From a virus (lineage: Duplodnaviria > Caudoviricetes), in the IMG/VR virus record IMGVR_UViG_3300030059_000924, positions 1 through 27,292 of that record: a stretch of 27,292 bases of DNA, one strand, 5' to 3'. The notes under the pieces were generated by a model that saw only the letters and a program-made list of their open reading frames with translations, was not told the DNA's origin and made no database searches. Positions 16,249 to 25,307 of this stretch are shown piece by piece. A program made the position numbers and the translations under genes. Every line of letters starts with the position of its first letter. Within the stretch, counting starts at the first letter, position 1.

Positions 16249-16684
16249 CTGATAATGTTTTTAATGAATGTGAATGTAAATAATATGACTTAAACACTTC
16301 AGCGTCAAACCATCTAATTTCCTGTAAGATACGAAAAGCATCTTCAATTTGGTTTTCTATGTCTATTTGTGTAGGTGTGTTATTTGAGTCTTCAATAGTT
16401 TTTAATATTTCAATAGGGTATTTTCTAGCTATCTTTTCATTGTTTTTTTTATATTTATAGTAGAACCTTGAAGACTTGCTAAAGCCACAAATTGCCATAG
16501 ACCTACACATATAACTCATTAGTTCATTACGCTCGCAAATTGGTTCATATTTTTCTTTGTTTTCTAAATATGATAAAGTCAAGTCATTTAATAAGTCGCC
16601 TGCGTAATCTTCACCAACATACCGTTTAGATACATTTAATAAATAATCATAGTTTTCTTCTATAAATTTATTTACGCATCCCAC
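16160..16684 (-). CDS. Phage-encoded ECF-like sigma-70 family factor
   Basis: Region-2-like YDYLLNVSKRY...AGDLLND and region-4 HTH SLKTLSDATGISKNTLYKSIK. Confidence 0.75.
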   Translation of the reverse strand: MGCVNKFIEENYDYLLNVSKRYVGEDYAGDLLNDLTLSYLENKEKYEPICERNELMSYMCRSMAICGFSKSSRFYYKYKKNNEKIARKYPIEILKTIEDSNNTPTQIDIENQIEDAFRILQEIRWFDAEVFKSYYLHSHSLKTLSDATGISKNTLYKSIKTAQEHLKENRKRIR

Positions 16685-17082
16685 AAGTCGTTGTATTTCT
16701 TAGTGTAGAACTCTCGCATTTCTATAATTTCTGCCGTACTGTATTTGCGTATTTGGTTACTCATAACAACTATCTTTTCGGCTGTCCCTTGTCCATAATC
16801 TTGGTCTAACCTTCTACCGTATGCCCAACTCATGCCCTGCATAAACAAATTGCATTTGGGACATTGGGGCTTACAGTTGTACAAGTCGTCTTCTTCATCG
16901 TATAACCACCTAGTAGAATATTTAGCCCTTGTAACAAAATGCCCGTTGTGTAATTCACTAGGTAATTTTTTACATCCACACGTGTAACATTCTTGAAGCC
17001 CGTCTTTATCTAAATTGCTAAACCTCACATATTTACTTAATGCTTTATCTAGCTTTTTTATTTCTTTAGACCTTTTTACCAC
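16672..17082 (-). CDS. ninG: NinG/Rap-like HNH recombination endonuclease
   Basis: CYTCG...HNGHFVTR...STRW...NCKPQCPKCN. Confidence 0.85.
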   Translation of the reverse strand: MVKRSKEIKKLDKALSKYVRFSNLDKDGLQECYTCGCKKLPSELHNGHFVTRAKYSTRWLYDEEDDLYNCKPQCPKCNLFMQGMSWAYGRRLDQDYGQGTAEKIVVMSNQIRKYSTAEIIEMREFYTKKYNDLWDA

Positions 17083-17105
17083 CTTACAATAATACGATTT
17101 TTAAT

Positions 17106-17747
17106 TTAAAACATTGTAAGTTGTGCTTGATGGATTTTCAATCGCTTACAAGCTGCATTGTAGTAGTCTGTATCTAGCTCACAACCTGTCAAGTCAAAGC
17201 CTAAGTTGTGGCATGCTATAGCAATCGAGCCGCTTCCTAAATGAGTGTCAAGAATCTTATCACCTTCTTTTGCGTAGTTCATTAAAAGCCACTCGTACAA
17301 TTTAACAGGTTTTTGTGTGGGATGTATTCTATCTTTACCTCCCCTTAAATTATCAAATGGGCTTATTTTTATTATTTTACTGGAAGATGAAAAGGATGAG
17401 TAAAGAAATTCTACACTTGCAAAGTGTACGTCATTACTCACTAATTTATCCCAACAAATCCACCCACTACTGACGTCTAAAAATTGAAGAAAATAATTAG
17501 CCCCGAAAATAATTTGATTGCAAGAGGTTCTTTTAAGCTCTTTAAAATACTTTTCAGAGGGGACACTATCCCATAAAATAGATTTGTGATTTTTGTTGGT
17601 TGTTTTCGTTCCGTTCTTATGCGTTTTTGTTATTATTGTTTTTTCGTTCAATATCCCATACGGCGGGTCAACTATTGCTAACTGAAAGTAGTTGTCAGGA
17701 TAGCGACCCATTAACTCCATGTTGTCCTCGTTAGTTAAGTTTATCAT
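17106..17747 (-). CDS. Orphan N6-adenine/N4-cytosine DNA methyltransferase (beta class)
   Basis: IVDPPYG catalytic motif precedes HPTQKP and ILDTHLGSGS SAM-binding motif. Confidence 0.92.
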   Translation of the reverse strand: MINLTNEDNMELMGRYPDNYFQLAIVDPPYGILNEKTIITKTHKNGTKTTNKNHKSILWDSVPSEKYFKELKRTSCNQIIFGANYFLQFLDVSSGWICWDKLVSNDVHFASVEFLYSSFSSSSKIIKISPFDNLRGGKDRIHPTQKPVKLYEWLLMNYAKEGDKILDTHLGSGSIAIACHNLGFDLTGCELDTDYYNAACKRLKIHQAQLTMF

Positions 17748-18328
17748 TCTCCCATCTTATTTTTTAACCTAGCTCCAGCTCTATCGAAATCTCTATCGGG
17801 TGTAGGCTCGTTGAGTACGTCCTTTAAAAATTCACCTAAAGGTTTATAATCACTAGACCGTTTTAAGTCTGTAACTTCCCAATCATGTTTCTTTTCTGTG
17901 TGGTGTCTTTCCATAATCTCTGTCCTAACTTCACCTTCATACCTGCATATAAATTCTAAAATTTCAGGGGTCTTTAAACGCTCATAGAGTTTACCAAATT
18001 TTCCTTTACGAATCATATTAAAACAAGTACGAATTTCCTCTAGCTTAATAGTTGGGTGGTCTTCAACTATTGCATTACAGCAAAAGATAAGTTCTTCATC
18101 GCCAGCTATTGTTGTTTTGGCATCTAGCTCTTTTATTAATCTTCCCACTTCTGACATAATCCAACCCCTAACCATAGCAGGGTTTTCTTTTATAGCTGCC
18201 TTAATGTTCGTACCCTCTTGCCATGCTTTTGAAGGTGTTAGGCTTAGGCTTTTATCCTTCAGTAACAAAACGCTCAAGGGCGTTAGGGTCGAAGTTTCCT
18301 TTGTTAAATCCTTTTGCTCTGTTTTCAT
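17744..18328 (-). CDS. Hypothetical protein, possible helicase loader (lambda P position)
   Basis: Helical 194 aa directly downstream of initiator; function inferred from synteny only. Confidence 0.45.
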   Translation of the reverse strand: MKTEQKDLTKETSTLTPLSVLLLKDKSLSLTPSKAWQEGTNIKAAIKENPAMVRGWIMSEVGRLIKELDAKTTIAGDEELIFCCNAIVEDHPTIKLEEIRTCFNMIRKGKFGKLYERLKTPEILEFICRYEGEVRTEIMERHHTEKKHDWEVTDLKRSSDYKPLGEFLKDVLNEPTPDRDFDRAGARLKNKMGE

Positions 18329-18890
18329 TTGTGTGTGTTAGTTTTCTTCTTTTCCAATTTCTTGCGGTTGCCTTCCAATCCTTTATAGAATTACCGCCTT
18401 TTAGTTTCCAACCCGTTTGTTCATACCAATCATAAAATTTACTAGCCTCTTGCGAATCTAGTTCTAGTTCTTTAAAATATTCTAAGCACTCGCCTTCTGT
18501 TGAGGGGCGCCCTATCTTATTTGTATTAGTAGTTAAATTAGTCTTTGTATTAGTATGGCTCACTGTGGTGAGGTTAGTATCCTCATTCTGGTGAGGTGAG
18601 TACCCACCCTCTAGTGAGGTAGCTAACCGTAAAATTCGACGTGTTACATTGCCGTACCCCTCCCTGTCCCTATATACATATCGCATTTTTACAAGACCCC
18701 TTAAAGCCTTTTCTACCCCGCTTTCAGAAATTTGTAGGTGTTGAGCTAGATGGTCGTTAGAAACAAAACAAGGTAAATTGTTTTTACTAAAGCTGTCAAT
18801 CTCTATTATCATTAACTTTTGTGTCCAAGTTAATTGTTTGTTTAAATATATTGTGGACGGTATCCACACCCCTTTGAAGTTCCTTTTCAT
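18252..18890 (-). CDS. Replication initiator (lambda O-like)
   Basis: FKGVWIP plus N-terminal winged HTH; T/N-rich linker; C-terminal FYDWYEQTGWK...KDWKATARNW. Confidence 0.8.
   Translation of the reverse strand: MKRNFKGVWIPSTIYLNKQLTWTQKLMIIEIDSFSKNNLPCFVSNDHLAQHLQISESGVEKALRGLVKMRYVYRDREGYGNVTRRILRLATSLEGGYSPHQNEDTNLTTVSHTNTKTNLTTNTNKIGRPSTEGECLEYFKELELDSQEASKFYDWYEQTGWKLKGGNSIKDWKATARNWKRRKLTHTNENRAKGFNKGNFDPNALERFVTEG
18515..18620. repeat. Putative replication origin: iterons plus AT-rich tract
   Basis: GTGAGGT at 18568, 18591 and 18614 (23-bp period); adjacent TTTGTATTAGTA twice. Confidence 0.65.
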
Positions 18891-19072
18891 AATTTGTATT
18901 TTGTTTCACCTGTTCTTCTATTTAGTTCTAAACCTATTCTATCTATCTCATTGCCGTATTGAGCGTGTTTAACGTCTTTAATGTCTGTATTTATATATCT
19001 GAACATTAAATACTTTCTAAGCCTTTTAAGGTCTTCTATTCTATTCGCGTAGAGCTTTAACATCTTCAGCAC
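18887..19072 (-). CDS. Hypothetical protein (61 aa)
   Basis: ORF track; ATGA overlap with initiator. Confidence 0.6.
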   Translation of the reverse strand: MLKMLKLYANRIEDLKRLRKYLMFRYINTDIKDVKHAQYGNEIDRIGLELNRRTGETKYKL

Positions 19073-19262
19073 GTTCTGTTATCATATCAAGTAAGTCGTC
19101 TGGTTCTGTATCTGACCACTTTGAAAGTTGTGGTAAGTACATAAATAACCTTTTCGGGTCTGTATTATACCACCTATTTACGGTGTTTTTACCTAACCCT
19201 AACGCATCATTTAGTTTTGTATGCGTACCAAATTTAACTTTTATCCAAGTACCTAATGTCAT
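19041..19262 (-). CDS. Cro-like HTH regulator
   Basis: FGTHTKLNDALGLGKNTVNRW. Confidence 0.65.
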   Translation of the reverse strand: MTLGTWIKVKFGTHTKLNDALGLGKNTVNRWYNTDPKRLFMYLPQLSKWSDTEPDDLLDMITERAEDVKALRE

Positions 19263-19263
19263 T

Positions 19264-19473
19264 TTATATTTTTTTTAGTTGGTTAATTAATGTTTGAGCA
19301 AAAGACAGAAGCCTTTTAAAATATTCTTTACGTGTTTCTTCATCACCAATATATTCAAGGTGTGTCAATGCCTGACCCATTGCCCACATTTTTACATCTA
19401 AATCTTCTGTGGGCTGGTCTAGTTCATACTCAACTGGTGAGTAGTCTGGAAGGGTTGCTTTCATCTTTCCCAT
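19264..19473 (-). CDS. Hypothetical protein (69 aa)
   Basis: ORF track; TAATG coupling. Confidence 0.7.
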   Translation of the reverse strand: MGKMKATLPDYSPVEYELDQPTEDLDVKMWAMGQALTHLEYIGDEETRKEYFKRLLSFAQTLINQLKKI

Positions 19474-19958
19474 TAGAATGGTAATTCGTCTTCGTCTGCC
19501 ATTTCAGAACCCCACCTAGATTTTACTGCGTCATCTTGGTGAAACTTCGGGAAGGTGTCACGGGCATTTAAAATAGTGTCTGCTAATATACAAGTGTCTT
19601 TCATATACTCAACAATCGCTTTGTGATTTCTAGCTGGCAAAGAACCCATCATAGAAATTGCTTGACCCATTGCCCATGAACGTTCTATAACCACACTTCT
19701 ATCGTCACCAACTGTAACCGATTTATTTGAAAACTTACCATCTGAATCTGGTCTTCTTACTTTGCCCCATGACCCATAACTATTTGTTCCAGCTATTTCA
19801 TATTCTACTTCGTCACCAATAGAAAATGGTGAATCTGCTGTTTTGTGGTTAGCACTCACTTCTACATCGTTATCAAAAACGTACAACTGTTTGAATAGCC
19901 TACCGTGTTGACCGTCATAGTGACCGTTACCTGTAATGTGTTTAATTTTTGCAATCAT
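19473..19958 (-). CDS. Putative single-stranded DNA-binding protein
   Basis: OB-fold-like FSIGDEVEYEI and acidic C-terminal tip DEDELPF. Confidence 0.7.
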   Translation of the reverse strand: MIAKIKHITGNGHYDGQHGRLFKQLYVFDNDVEVSANHKTADSPFSIGDEVEYEIAGTNSYGSWGKVRRPDSDGKFSNKSVTVGDDRSVVIERSWAMGQAISMMGSLPARNHKAIVEYMKDTCILADTILNARDTFPKFHQDDAVKSRWGSEMADEDELPF

Positions 19959-19960
19959 AA

Positions 19961-20227
19961 TTATTTATTTAAAATGTTTTCTTCAACTGTTTTCTCTAAA
20001 TTTTCGTAACCTAATTCACTAGACAAATCGTCTGCTATATTTGTGATGTCAATTACGTGTTCCTTTATATGAAGTTCTATCTTTTGAACCTCATGCCCTG
20101 AAGGGTCTTTTGGCTGGTCGTAATCCACAAATGAACCTTGACCCCAACACTCATAATGTACTTCTATGTACTTATCTTTTTCTAACTCTATGGTAAAGCT
20201 ATCTTTCATAGTCTTAGTTTTCGCCAA
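19961..20227 (-). CDS. Early hypothetical protein
   Basis: ORF track. Confidence 0.7.
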   Translation of the reverse strand: MAKTKTMKDSFTIELEKDKYIEVHYECWGQGSFVDYDQPKDPSGHEVQKIELHIKEHVIDITNIADDLSSELGYENLEKTVEENILNK

Positions 20228-20504
20228 AGTCTATTGAGTCTATCGCATCGTCCATAAACCTTTGTTCTAATCCAGACCTTACATTAGCCTTTTCTTTTGC
20301 TGCCTCAGTTTGGTAGTAAAAATCTTCAAAGTAATTTAAACCCTGCTCCGTCATCTCTATTTCAGATAGCTCTTTTTTTAAAACCTCCTTACGACTGGTA
20401 ATCCTTCTTTTTAATTCCAGACCCAATTTGCAATGGAAATCTGACAGTTCGTCTATTGAAAAGTTATCTATAATTCCTTGAAACTCTATTTTGTAATCTT
20501 CCAT
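20214..20504 (-). CDS. Early hypothetical protein (96 aa)
   Basis: ORF track. Confidence 0.7.
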   Translation of the reverse strand: MEDYKIEFQGIIDNFSIDELSDFHCKLGLELKRRITSRKEVLKKELSEIEMTEQGLNYFEDFYYQTEAAKEKANVRSGLEQRFMDDAIDSIDFGEN

Positions 20505-20650
20505 TACTTCTTTATTTTTTGTTGGTTTTCAATAACTTTTTTTGCAATTTCGTATGCCTCTAACTTTAGCCTATATTCAACTAGACGTTCTTCGTGCCAC
20601 TTGATATTGTCCTTAGAGTCCTTAATTAAATCCTTTATACTATTCATCAT
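20504..20650 (-). CDS. First early gene, 48-aa helical peptide, not in ORF track
   Basis: MMNSIKDLIKDSKDNIKWHEERLVEYRLKLEAYEIAKKVIENQQKIKK*; TAATG coupling at 20504. Confidence 0.7.
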   Translation of the reverse strand: MMNSIKDLIKDSKDNIKWHEERLVEYRLKLEAYEIAKKVIENQQKIKK

Positions 20651-20668
20651 TCGTTTATTTGTTTAAAG

Positions 20669-20700
20669 CAAATATAGGGTATTTAATCCATAGAACCTAA
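20669..20700 (-). promoter_or_regulatory. Bacteroidota-type housekeeping promoter for early operon
   Basis: TTAG-N20-TATATTTG; -7 element matches TAnnTTTG exactly. Confidence 0.75.
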
Positions 20701-20722
20701 TTATACCTAAAATATTATGCAT

Positions 20723-20753
20723 AAGAAAAGGGCAACCCACGTTTGGACTGCCC
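20723..20753 (-). terminator. Rho-independent terminator
   Basis: GGGCAGTCCA-AACG-TGGGTTGCCC followed by TTTTCTT. Confidence 0.8.
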
Positions 20754-20807
20754 TATATACTTAACCAAATAGCTTAATTATGCGTATAAGCTGGTGCAAT
20801 ATAAAGC

Positions 20808-20837
20808 TAAAACCCCCAACAAATTAATGTCAGGGGC
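20808..20837 (-). terminator. Terminator-like hairpin
   Basis: GCCCCTGACA-TTAATT-TGTTGGGGGT followed by TTT; several G-U pairs. Confidence 0.6.
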
Positions 20838-20925
20838 AAATAGCTGAATGAAAAACTATTGTATAAAGCAAAGGGAATACCTTACACCTTGCTAATTTAA
20901 GGCTTTACAACCCTATCTACAAATC

Positions 20926-21090
20926 TTATTTCTTATTTCTACTCTTACCCATTACAATAGCTTGCAAGACCCTGGATAGGATATTAATGATTTTGTCGTC
21001 CTTCGTGCTTTCAGTTAACGCTGTTAGCGTACTTAGTAAAGTGATAATTGCGAGGGCAATTTCTGCCCAGTGAGTTGTTAATAGCTCCAT
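20926..21090 (-). CDS. Putative holin or lysis membrane protein (54 aa), not in ORF track
   Basis: MELLTTHWAEIALAIITLLSTLTALTESTKDDKIINILSRVLQAIVMGKSRNKK*; TM segment, basic tail, follows endolysin. Confidence 0.7.
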   Translation of the reverse strand: MELLTTHWAEIALAIITLLSTLTALTESTKDDKIINILSRVLQAIVMGKSRNKK

Positions 21091-21091
21091 G

Positions 21092-21511
21092 TTATTTTAA
21101 TATTAAAAATGAAAATTTGTCTTGTACTTGAAAATTTGGGCACGTCTTAGTTGAATACTCATTGTGTCCATGTATTGTTAATTCACCAAAAACCGTTCTT
21201 AAACAATCTACTAACTTTATAAAAGCTATTTCTTGCGTCATGGTCATGGTGTCTTTAGTTTCTTTTGTTTTACTATCTAACCCCCCTGAATATGCAACTC
21301 CAATACTGTCAGCATTCTCGCCTCGTGTGTGCGCACCTTGTTGTGTTACTGGTCTACCTTCTTCTATCTGTCCGTCTTGGTGAATTACGTAGTGATAACC
21401 ACAATCTGAAAAGCCCCTTTTCTTATGCCACTTACGAATAGTCGCAACGTCAATAAATGACTTGTCATAAGTAGCTGTACAATGTAATATGATACGTTTA
21501 AACTCTCTCAC
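21092..21511 (-). CDS. Endolysin, T7-lysozyme-like N-acetylmuramoyl-L-alanine amidase
   Basis: IILHCTA, GYHYVI, GAH, HGHNE...KTCP Zn ligands. Confidence 0.93.
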   Translation of the reverse strand: MREFKRIILHCTATYDKSFIDVATIRKWHKKRGFSDCGYHYVIHQDGQIEEGRPVTQQGAHTRGENADSIGVAYSGGLDSKTKETKDTMTMTQEIAFIKLVDCLRTVFGELTIHGHNEYSTKTCPNFQVQDKFSFLILK

Positions 21512-21708
21512 TTTATACCTTTTTCTGCTAAGAGTAATTTAATATCTTGCATACCCTCGCATAGTTCTTTTAATAAAGTCTTAACTTCACCTTCTTGTTT
21601 CTCTAAAGAATATATTCGGGCTTTAATTTTAGTGACATCGTTAGTCATCTTTATCCAAGTACCTAATATTCCTGTAAAAGCTGTCGCTGCTACTGCTACT
21701 AATTCCAT
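21508..21708 (-). CDS. Small membrane plus coiled-coil protein (holin/XhlA-like, 66 aa)
   Basis: Start reassigned to ATG 21708 (TAATG coupling); N-terminal hydrophobic helix then coiled coil; precedes endolysin. Confidence 0.6.
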   Translation of the reverse strand: MELVAVAATAFTGILGTWIKMTNDVTKIKARIYSLEKQEGEVKTLLKELCEGMQDIKLLLAEKGIK

Positions 21709-22274
21709 TAGACTGTAATTGTGTAGTATGTAGTATAAATTTTCATAGACCACCCTCCATTGAAAACATCTGTACACCACGCTTGTAAAGGTTTGTTTTC
21801 TGAAGTTTCTCTAAGGACGGTGCCAAAAGTCGTGTTATTAGGTGATATTACTACTGACCGTATACCGCTTGCAATTCCATTCATAAAATCACGTAAACTA
21901 CTAAAATATTGGGTAGTAACAGAAGTTGAGGCGTCCCAACCTATTCGAAAATCGTCCGAAGAACTTTCGTTAGGGCTTCCCCAAGTAACCACTATATTTA
22001 TATTAGTGGGTACGATAATTTTTCCCGCTTGGGCAGCCACCAAAGTAATCGGGGTGTCATTGTATTTCATCGTCAACACATCGGCGTTTGATACCGTAGT
22101 TTCTACTTGTGTAAGTATGCCTGCACCACCGCCACCCGTTAGATTGCTAACTTGAATTTTCTTACTTGTTCCAGCAGGCCCTCCCGTTGTGTCCCCTACA
22201 TCTACAATATGTAGTACGTCTGTACTAGCTGGTGCTACGGCTAATTCTGCTAAGTCTGTTACTTTTGTTGGCAT
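21708..22274 (-). CDS. Putative short fibre/virion structural protein (188 aa)
   Basis: N-terminal KVTDLAEL...DVLHIVD...SKKIQVSNL fibre-anchor motif, Gly hinge, beta-rich head. Confidence 0.6.
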   Translation of the reverse strand: MPTKVTDLAELAVAPASTDVLHIVDVGDTTGGPAGTSKKIQVSNLTGGGGAGILTQVETTVSNADVLTMKYNDTPITLVAAQAGKIIVPTNINIVVTWGSPNESSSDDFRIGWDASTSVTTQYFSSLRDFMNGIASGIRSVVISPNNTTFGTVLRETSENKPLQAWCTDVFNGGWSMKIYTTYYTITV

Positions 22275-22307
22275 CTATCTAAATATATACGTAATTTAAT
22301 AACGTTC

Positions 22308-22880
22308 TTACGAGTTGAAATATTTGACCCCAACGGCTGTTGCAAAGGCTTTAAGCTGGTTGTTGTCTGTGATTCTTGGGTAGACGTTAAGTCCACCGAA
22401 GTAGTTTCGTCTTGACGGGGATAAATCGGCACCTGTATTTTGATTGTATTCAGGGAATGATGAAGTGTTAAAGTTAAGATATTCTATCAATCTTTCACGG
22501 TAAAACATAGCAATTTCTTTTGATTGCTCAACTACACGCCTTATGTCTGTCATGCTTGCTGACGTTCCTTGCTCACTTGTGTTGACAATTACAGAGTTAT
22601 TTGAAAACCGTAACCTCACCACATACGCCACTTCACAAAATGCAAATTGAACCAAAGCAGGTTGTATGTAATCTTCTAGCAAAGTTTGATAGGCACCAGT
22701 AACGGTATCTGCTTCAATTAATTCTTTTAGTTTGTTATCCAATTGTGTGCCCAAGACATTTAAAATCCAACGGTCTTGACTTATACGTATATAAGGCTGT
22801 AACAAATTGTCGTCTACCGTACTACCCAAAGCGGTGTCACGTTTTAATATTGAACTAGATATAAATAAAGTGTTAGCCAT
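22308..22880 (-). CDS. Putative head-tail adaptor/connector
   Basis: Follows portal; LQPYI..SQD..I..VLGT.L and YIQPALV helical pattern. Confidence 0.65.
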   Translation of the reverse strand: MANTLFISSSILKRDTALGSTVDDNLLQPYIRISQDRWILNVLGTQLDNKLKELIEADTVTGAYQTLLEDYIQPALVQFAFCEVAYVVRLRFSNNSVIVNTSEQGTSASMTDIRRVVEQSKEIAMFYRERLIEYLNFNTSSFPEYNQNTGADLSPSRRNYFGGLNVYPRITDNNQLKAFATAVGVKYFNS

Positions 22881-24928
22881 TAGTTTACTGCTTTAGGGTA
22901 TAAAATTGAACCTCTGTCGGGCATATCAATCGGGGCTTCCGTTTCATACCCTTCGTTTACTACGTATGGGTTGTCACCTACTCTACGCATTACGGCGTCA
23001 AAGTCACCTTGAATTTCTTGTTCTTCGTCTGTGAACTCAAAGATTTCGTCATTAGGTGCGTAAATGAAAATGTGTCTTTTAAACCCATGACGGCAAAAAC
23101 AACCGCCCTTATATTTAAGTAAATCGTACTTGCCTCCTGAATGTGCAAAGTTACCATTAACCCCATCTTCTGACATTTCATCTATGTCTTCATAACGATA
23201 CATAGCACCATCACTTGATAAATCCATCATTACCTCACAGAACTCTCTGCTTTTGTAGTTTGGATTTTCTGGTGGTGTTTTGGCATTTTCAAAGTAACTA
23301 TAACGAATTGCAAATAGATAACCCTTTGGGCTTATTACATCGTAATCTGAGTCCATTTCGTAGTCTGCATATCTACTTGGGTCGCCTTCCATTTGAAAAG
23401 CCCGGTGCATTTTCTTATAAGAATGAAAAGTTTTATCTTCTTCGGTGTTTGTTACGTCTTCACTTTTCCAAAGGACATAACCTTTTGGTGGTGGTGAACT
23501 ACGTTCAGACAAATGTTTTAACCATGCTGCGCCTTGTTCTTGACTTATTCTGTCTGGTGCTTTACTTAGTTGCGTTTCTGCTTGTTCTTCAATTTCCCGT
23601 TCTTCCTCTTTTACTTGAGCAATAGCATCTACCCCTTCAGAAAATAATGCTTCAGCTACTTCGGGCGTAAATTGTAGCATTTGAATTAAGAATACTTTTG
23701 CTTGTTCTTCGGATAAAATACCCTCTTTTACATTTACTAAGATATTTAAAGCCGAAGTTATTTGCGCTCCATTATATGAAGCATCTTTAGAAGCCGTATC
23801 AGCTCCACCCGTAGCACCAAATAAATTGTCTACCGTAATAAATGAAGCAGGCTTTAAGGGCTTAAAGAACAAATCTAAGGTTATAGATGAAGACGCAAAG
23901 ACGGGGCGTAGACCGTCTAAAATTAATCTTTGCATAGGAAGTACCACTGTGTTGTAGAAAAGGTCGTAAGCGTTCTTCATTTCCTCTGCATTAGACCCGA
24001 AGCCTCCACCCTCTGAACGTAATCCAAATAACAATGGGCTGGTAACTCTGTGACCAGATAGAATTTTTATAACTACTTCTTTACTTAGGTAGTCAAAAAC
24101 TTGGTGCGCATCGCTAATATTAAAACTTTCTACTGTTGGGGCGTTTTCAGCTGAATCGTTAAACGTCATTAGAATTTTCCCAGCGTTACTAGCTGAACCA
24201 AACTTGTTGTATATAAGCCTTTCTAGTTCTGCACGTTCTTCTTCTGTTGGAATACCGTCGTTAAACGACAAAATTGTGCTGGGGAAAAAGCCGTTATTTA
24301 TTGAGTTTAAATGATACTCACCTAGTGCTGCATCTACCTGAATATAATTTTGAGAACCTATATATGAAGGCAAACCGTAGTAAAAACTTAAAGGGTTGTA
24401 TGTTTTAATATGAAGTATCTGACTAGCTGCTGTTCTGTCAGATGTACTAAATACTGGTATGGCTTGGGGTTTCTCATTATTTGCCCAATTTGTTTTGTGG
24501 TAAAATATGTCAACTTGGTCTTCATCGTTAGCTACTCCACACCGTACCGTAGCAGCTGGGACGTGGTGAATTTTACTTATAGTGGAACGGTCTTGTGACC
24601 AGATAATATTGAAGTAACAATTTCCGTATAGCTCAAGGTCAAAAGCACAACGTTTTAATGCGTCCTTATCACTAAAAATTTCATTTACTTTTAGCCATTG
24701 CTCAATGTTAGTGTCTTTAGATAATGCATCTAAACCTTCACCATAAATCATTTGTGCTACACCGTTTATAACAGCACTATGAATACTGGAGCTAGAAAAT
24801 AGTTCTTCTAAATAGTGTGGGTAAAGGTTGTCCGAACCCATGTCAATCCACTCTTTATTCTGTGATTCCCTGAATTGTGGTGTTACACTACTAGTGTAAT
24901 TTAATACGTTGAAAAACTTCTTATTCAT
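22880..24928 (-). CDS. Portal protein with C-terminal extension
   Basis: WIDMGSDNLYP, DLELYGNCY, YYGLPSY, NGFFPS, GSASNAGK, ILSGHRVTSPLLFG; start placed at ATG 24928. Confidence 0.88.
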   Translation of the reverse strand: MNKKFFNVLNYTSSVTPQFRESQNKEWIDMGSDNLYPHYLEELFSSSSIHSAVINGVAQMIYGEGLDALSKDTNIEQWLKVNEIFSDKDALKRCAFDLELYGNCYFNIIWSQDRSTISKIHHVPAATVRCGVANDEDQVDIFYHKTNWANNEKPQAIPVFSTSDRTAASQILHIKTYNPLSFYYGLPSYIGSQNYIQVDAALGEYHLNSINNGFFPSTILSFNDGIPTEEERAELERLIYNKFGSASNAGKILMTFNDSAENAPTVESFNISDAHQVFDYLSKEVVIKILSGHRVTSPLLFGLRSEGGGFGSNAEEMKNAYDLFYNTVVLPMQRLILDGLRPVFASSSITLDLFFKPLKPASFITVDNLFGATGGADTASKDASYNGAQITSALNILVNVKEGILSEEQAKVFLIQMLQFTPEVAEALFSEGVDAIAQVKEEEREIEEQAETQLSKAPDRISQEQGAAWLKHLSERSSPPPKGYVLWKSEDVTNTEEDKTFHSYKKMHRAFQMEGDPSRYADYEMDSDYDVISPKGYLFAIRYSYFENAKTPPENPNYKSREFCEVMMDLSSDGAMYRYEDIDEMSEDGVNGNFAHSGGKYDLLKYKGGCFCRHGFKRHIFIYAPNDEIFEFTDEEQEIQGDFDAVMRRVGDNPYVVNEGYETEAPIDMPDRGSILYPKAVN

Positions 24929-25307
24929 TTGTATATACGTTGTATGCGGTTTCATCCCCTACGGTGTAGGCTTCGTATGTAGATTCTTTAAAAACTGGAA
25001 CGCTACTAACAAAAGATAATCTAGTTGCCAAAAGATTAGCTTTAACTGCATCTTTAAAGGTTACAAGATACATACCTTCTTCCATAGTTGCGTTAGAAGC
25101 TGGTGAAGTTTCAGGTGGTGGTGTAATAGAAATAGATTGATACCTTCCGTTTGTAGTTAAAACGGGTGTATCTTGAAATTTAAACTTTCTATTTGTTAAT
25201 TGGTTTACAAACTCAATATCTAAAAGAATAGTGGTTACACTTTCACTATAACCTTCTAGCTTTAAATATAGCGTTTGAGCTGTATTTGTGTTGTTTATCT
25301 GTATCAC
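24921..25307 (-). CDS. Hypothetical structural protein (possible head-closure, 128 aa)
   Basis: Beta-rich, GTG start, between major tail and portal. Confidence 0.55.
   Translation of the reverse strand: MIQINNTNTAQTLYLKLEGYSESVTTILLDIEFVNQLTNRKFKFQDTPVLTTNGRYQSISITPPPETSPASNATMEEGMYLVTFKDAVKANLLATRLSFVSSVPVFKESTYEAYTVGDETAYNVYTNE

Larger units (their letters stand above)
20723..20890 (-). ncRNA. Candidate pair of tandem small RNAs (about 70-80 nt each)
   Basis: Two units of promoter-like element, 5' hairpin, U-rich linker and terminator hairpin; no ORF. Confidence 0.4.

Noticed and set aside
17088-17100. CGTATTATTG as a promoter upstream of ninG
   Set aside because: One mismatch to TAnnTTTG and no convincing -33 element; insufficient support
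20766-20845. CAAATAGCT repeat as a mini-CRISPR array
   Set aside because: Only 9 bp and two copies; too short for a CRISPR repeat
22990-23181. 63-aa alternative-frame ORF within the portal gene
   Set aside because: Fully nested, no motif or initiation context
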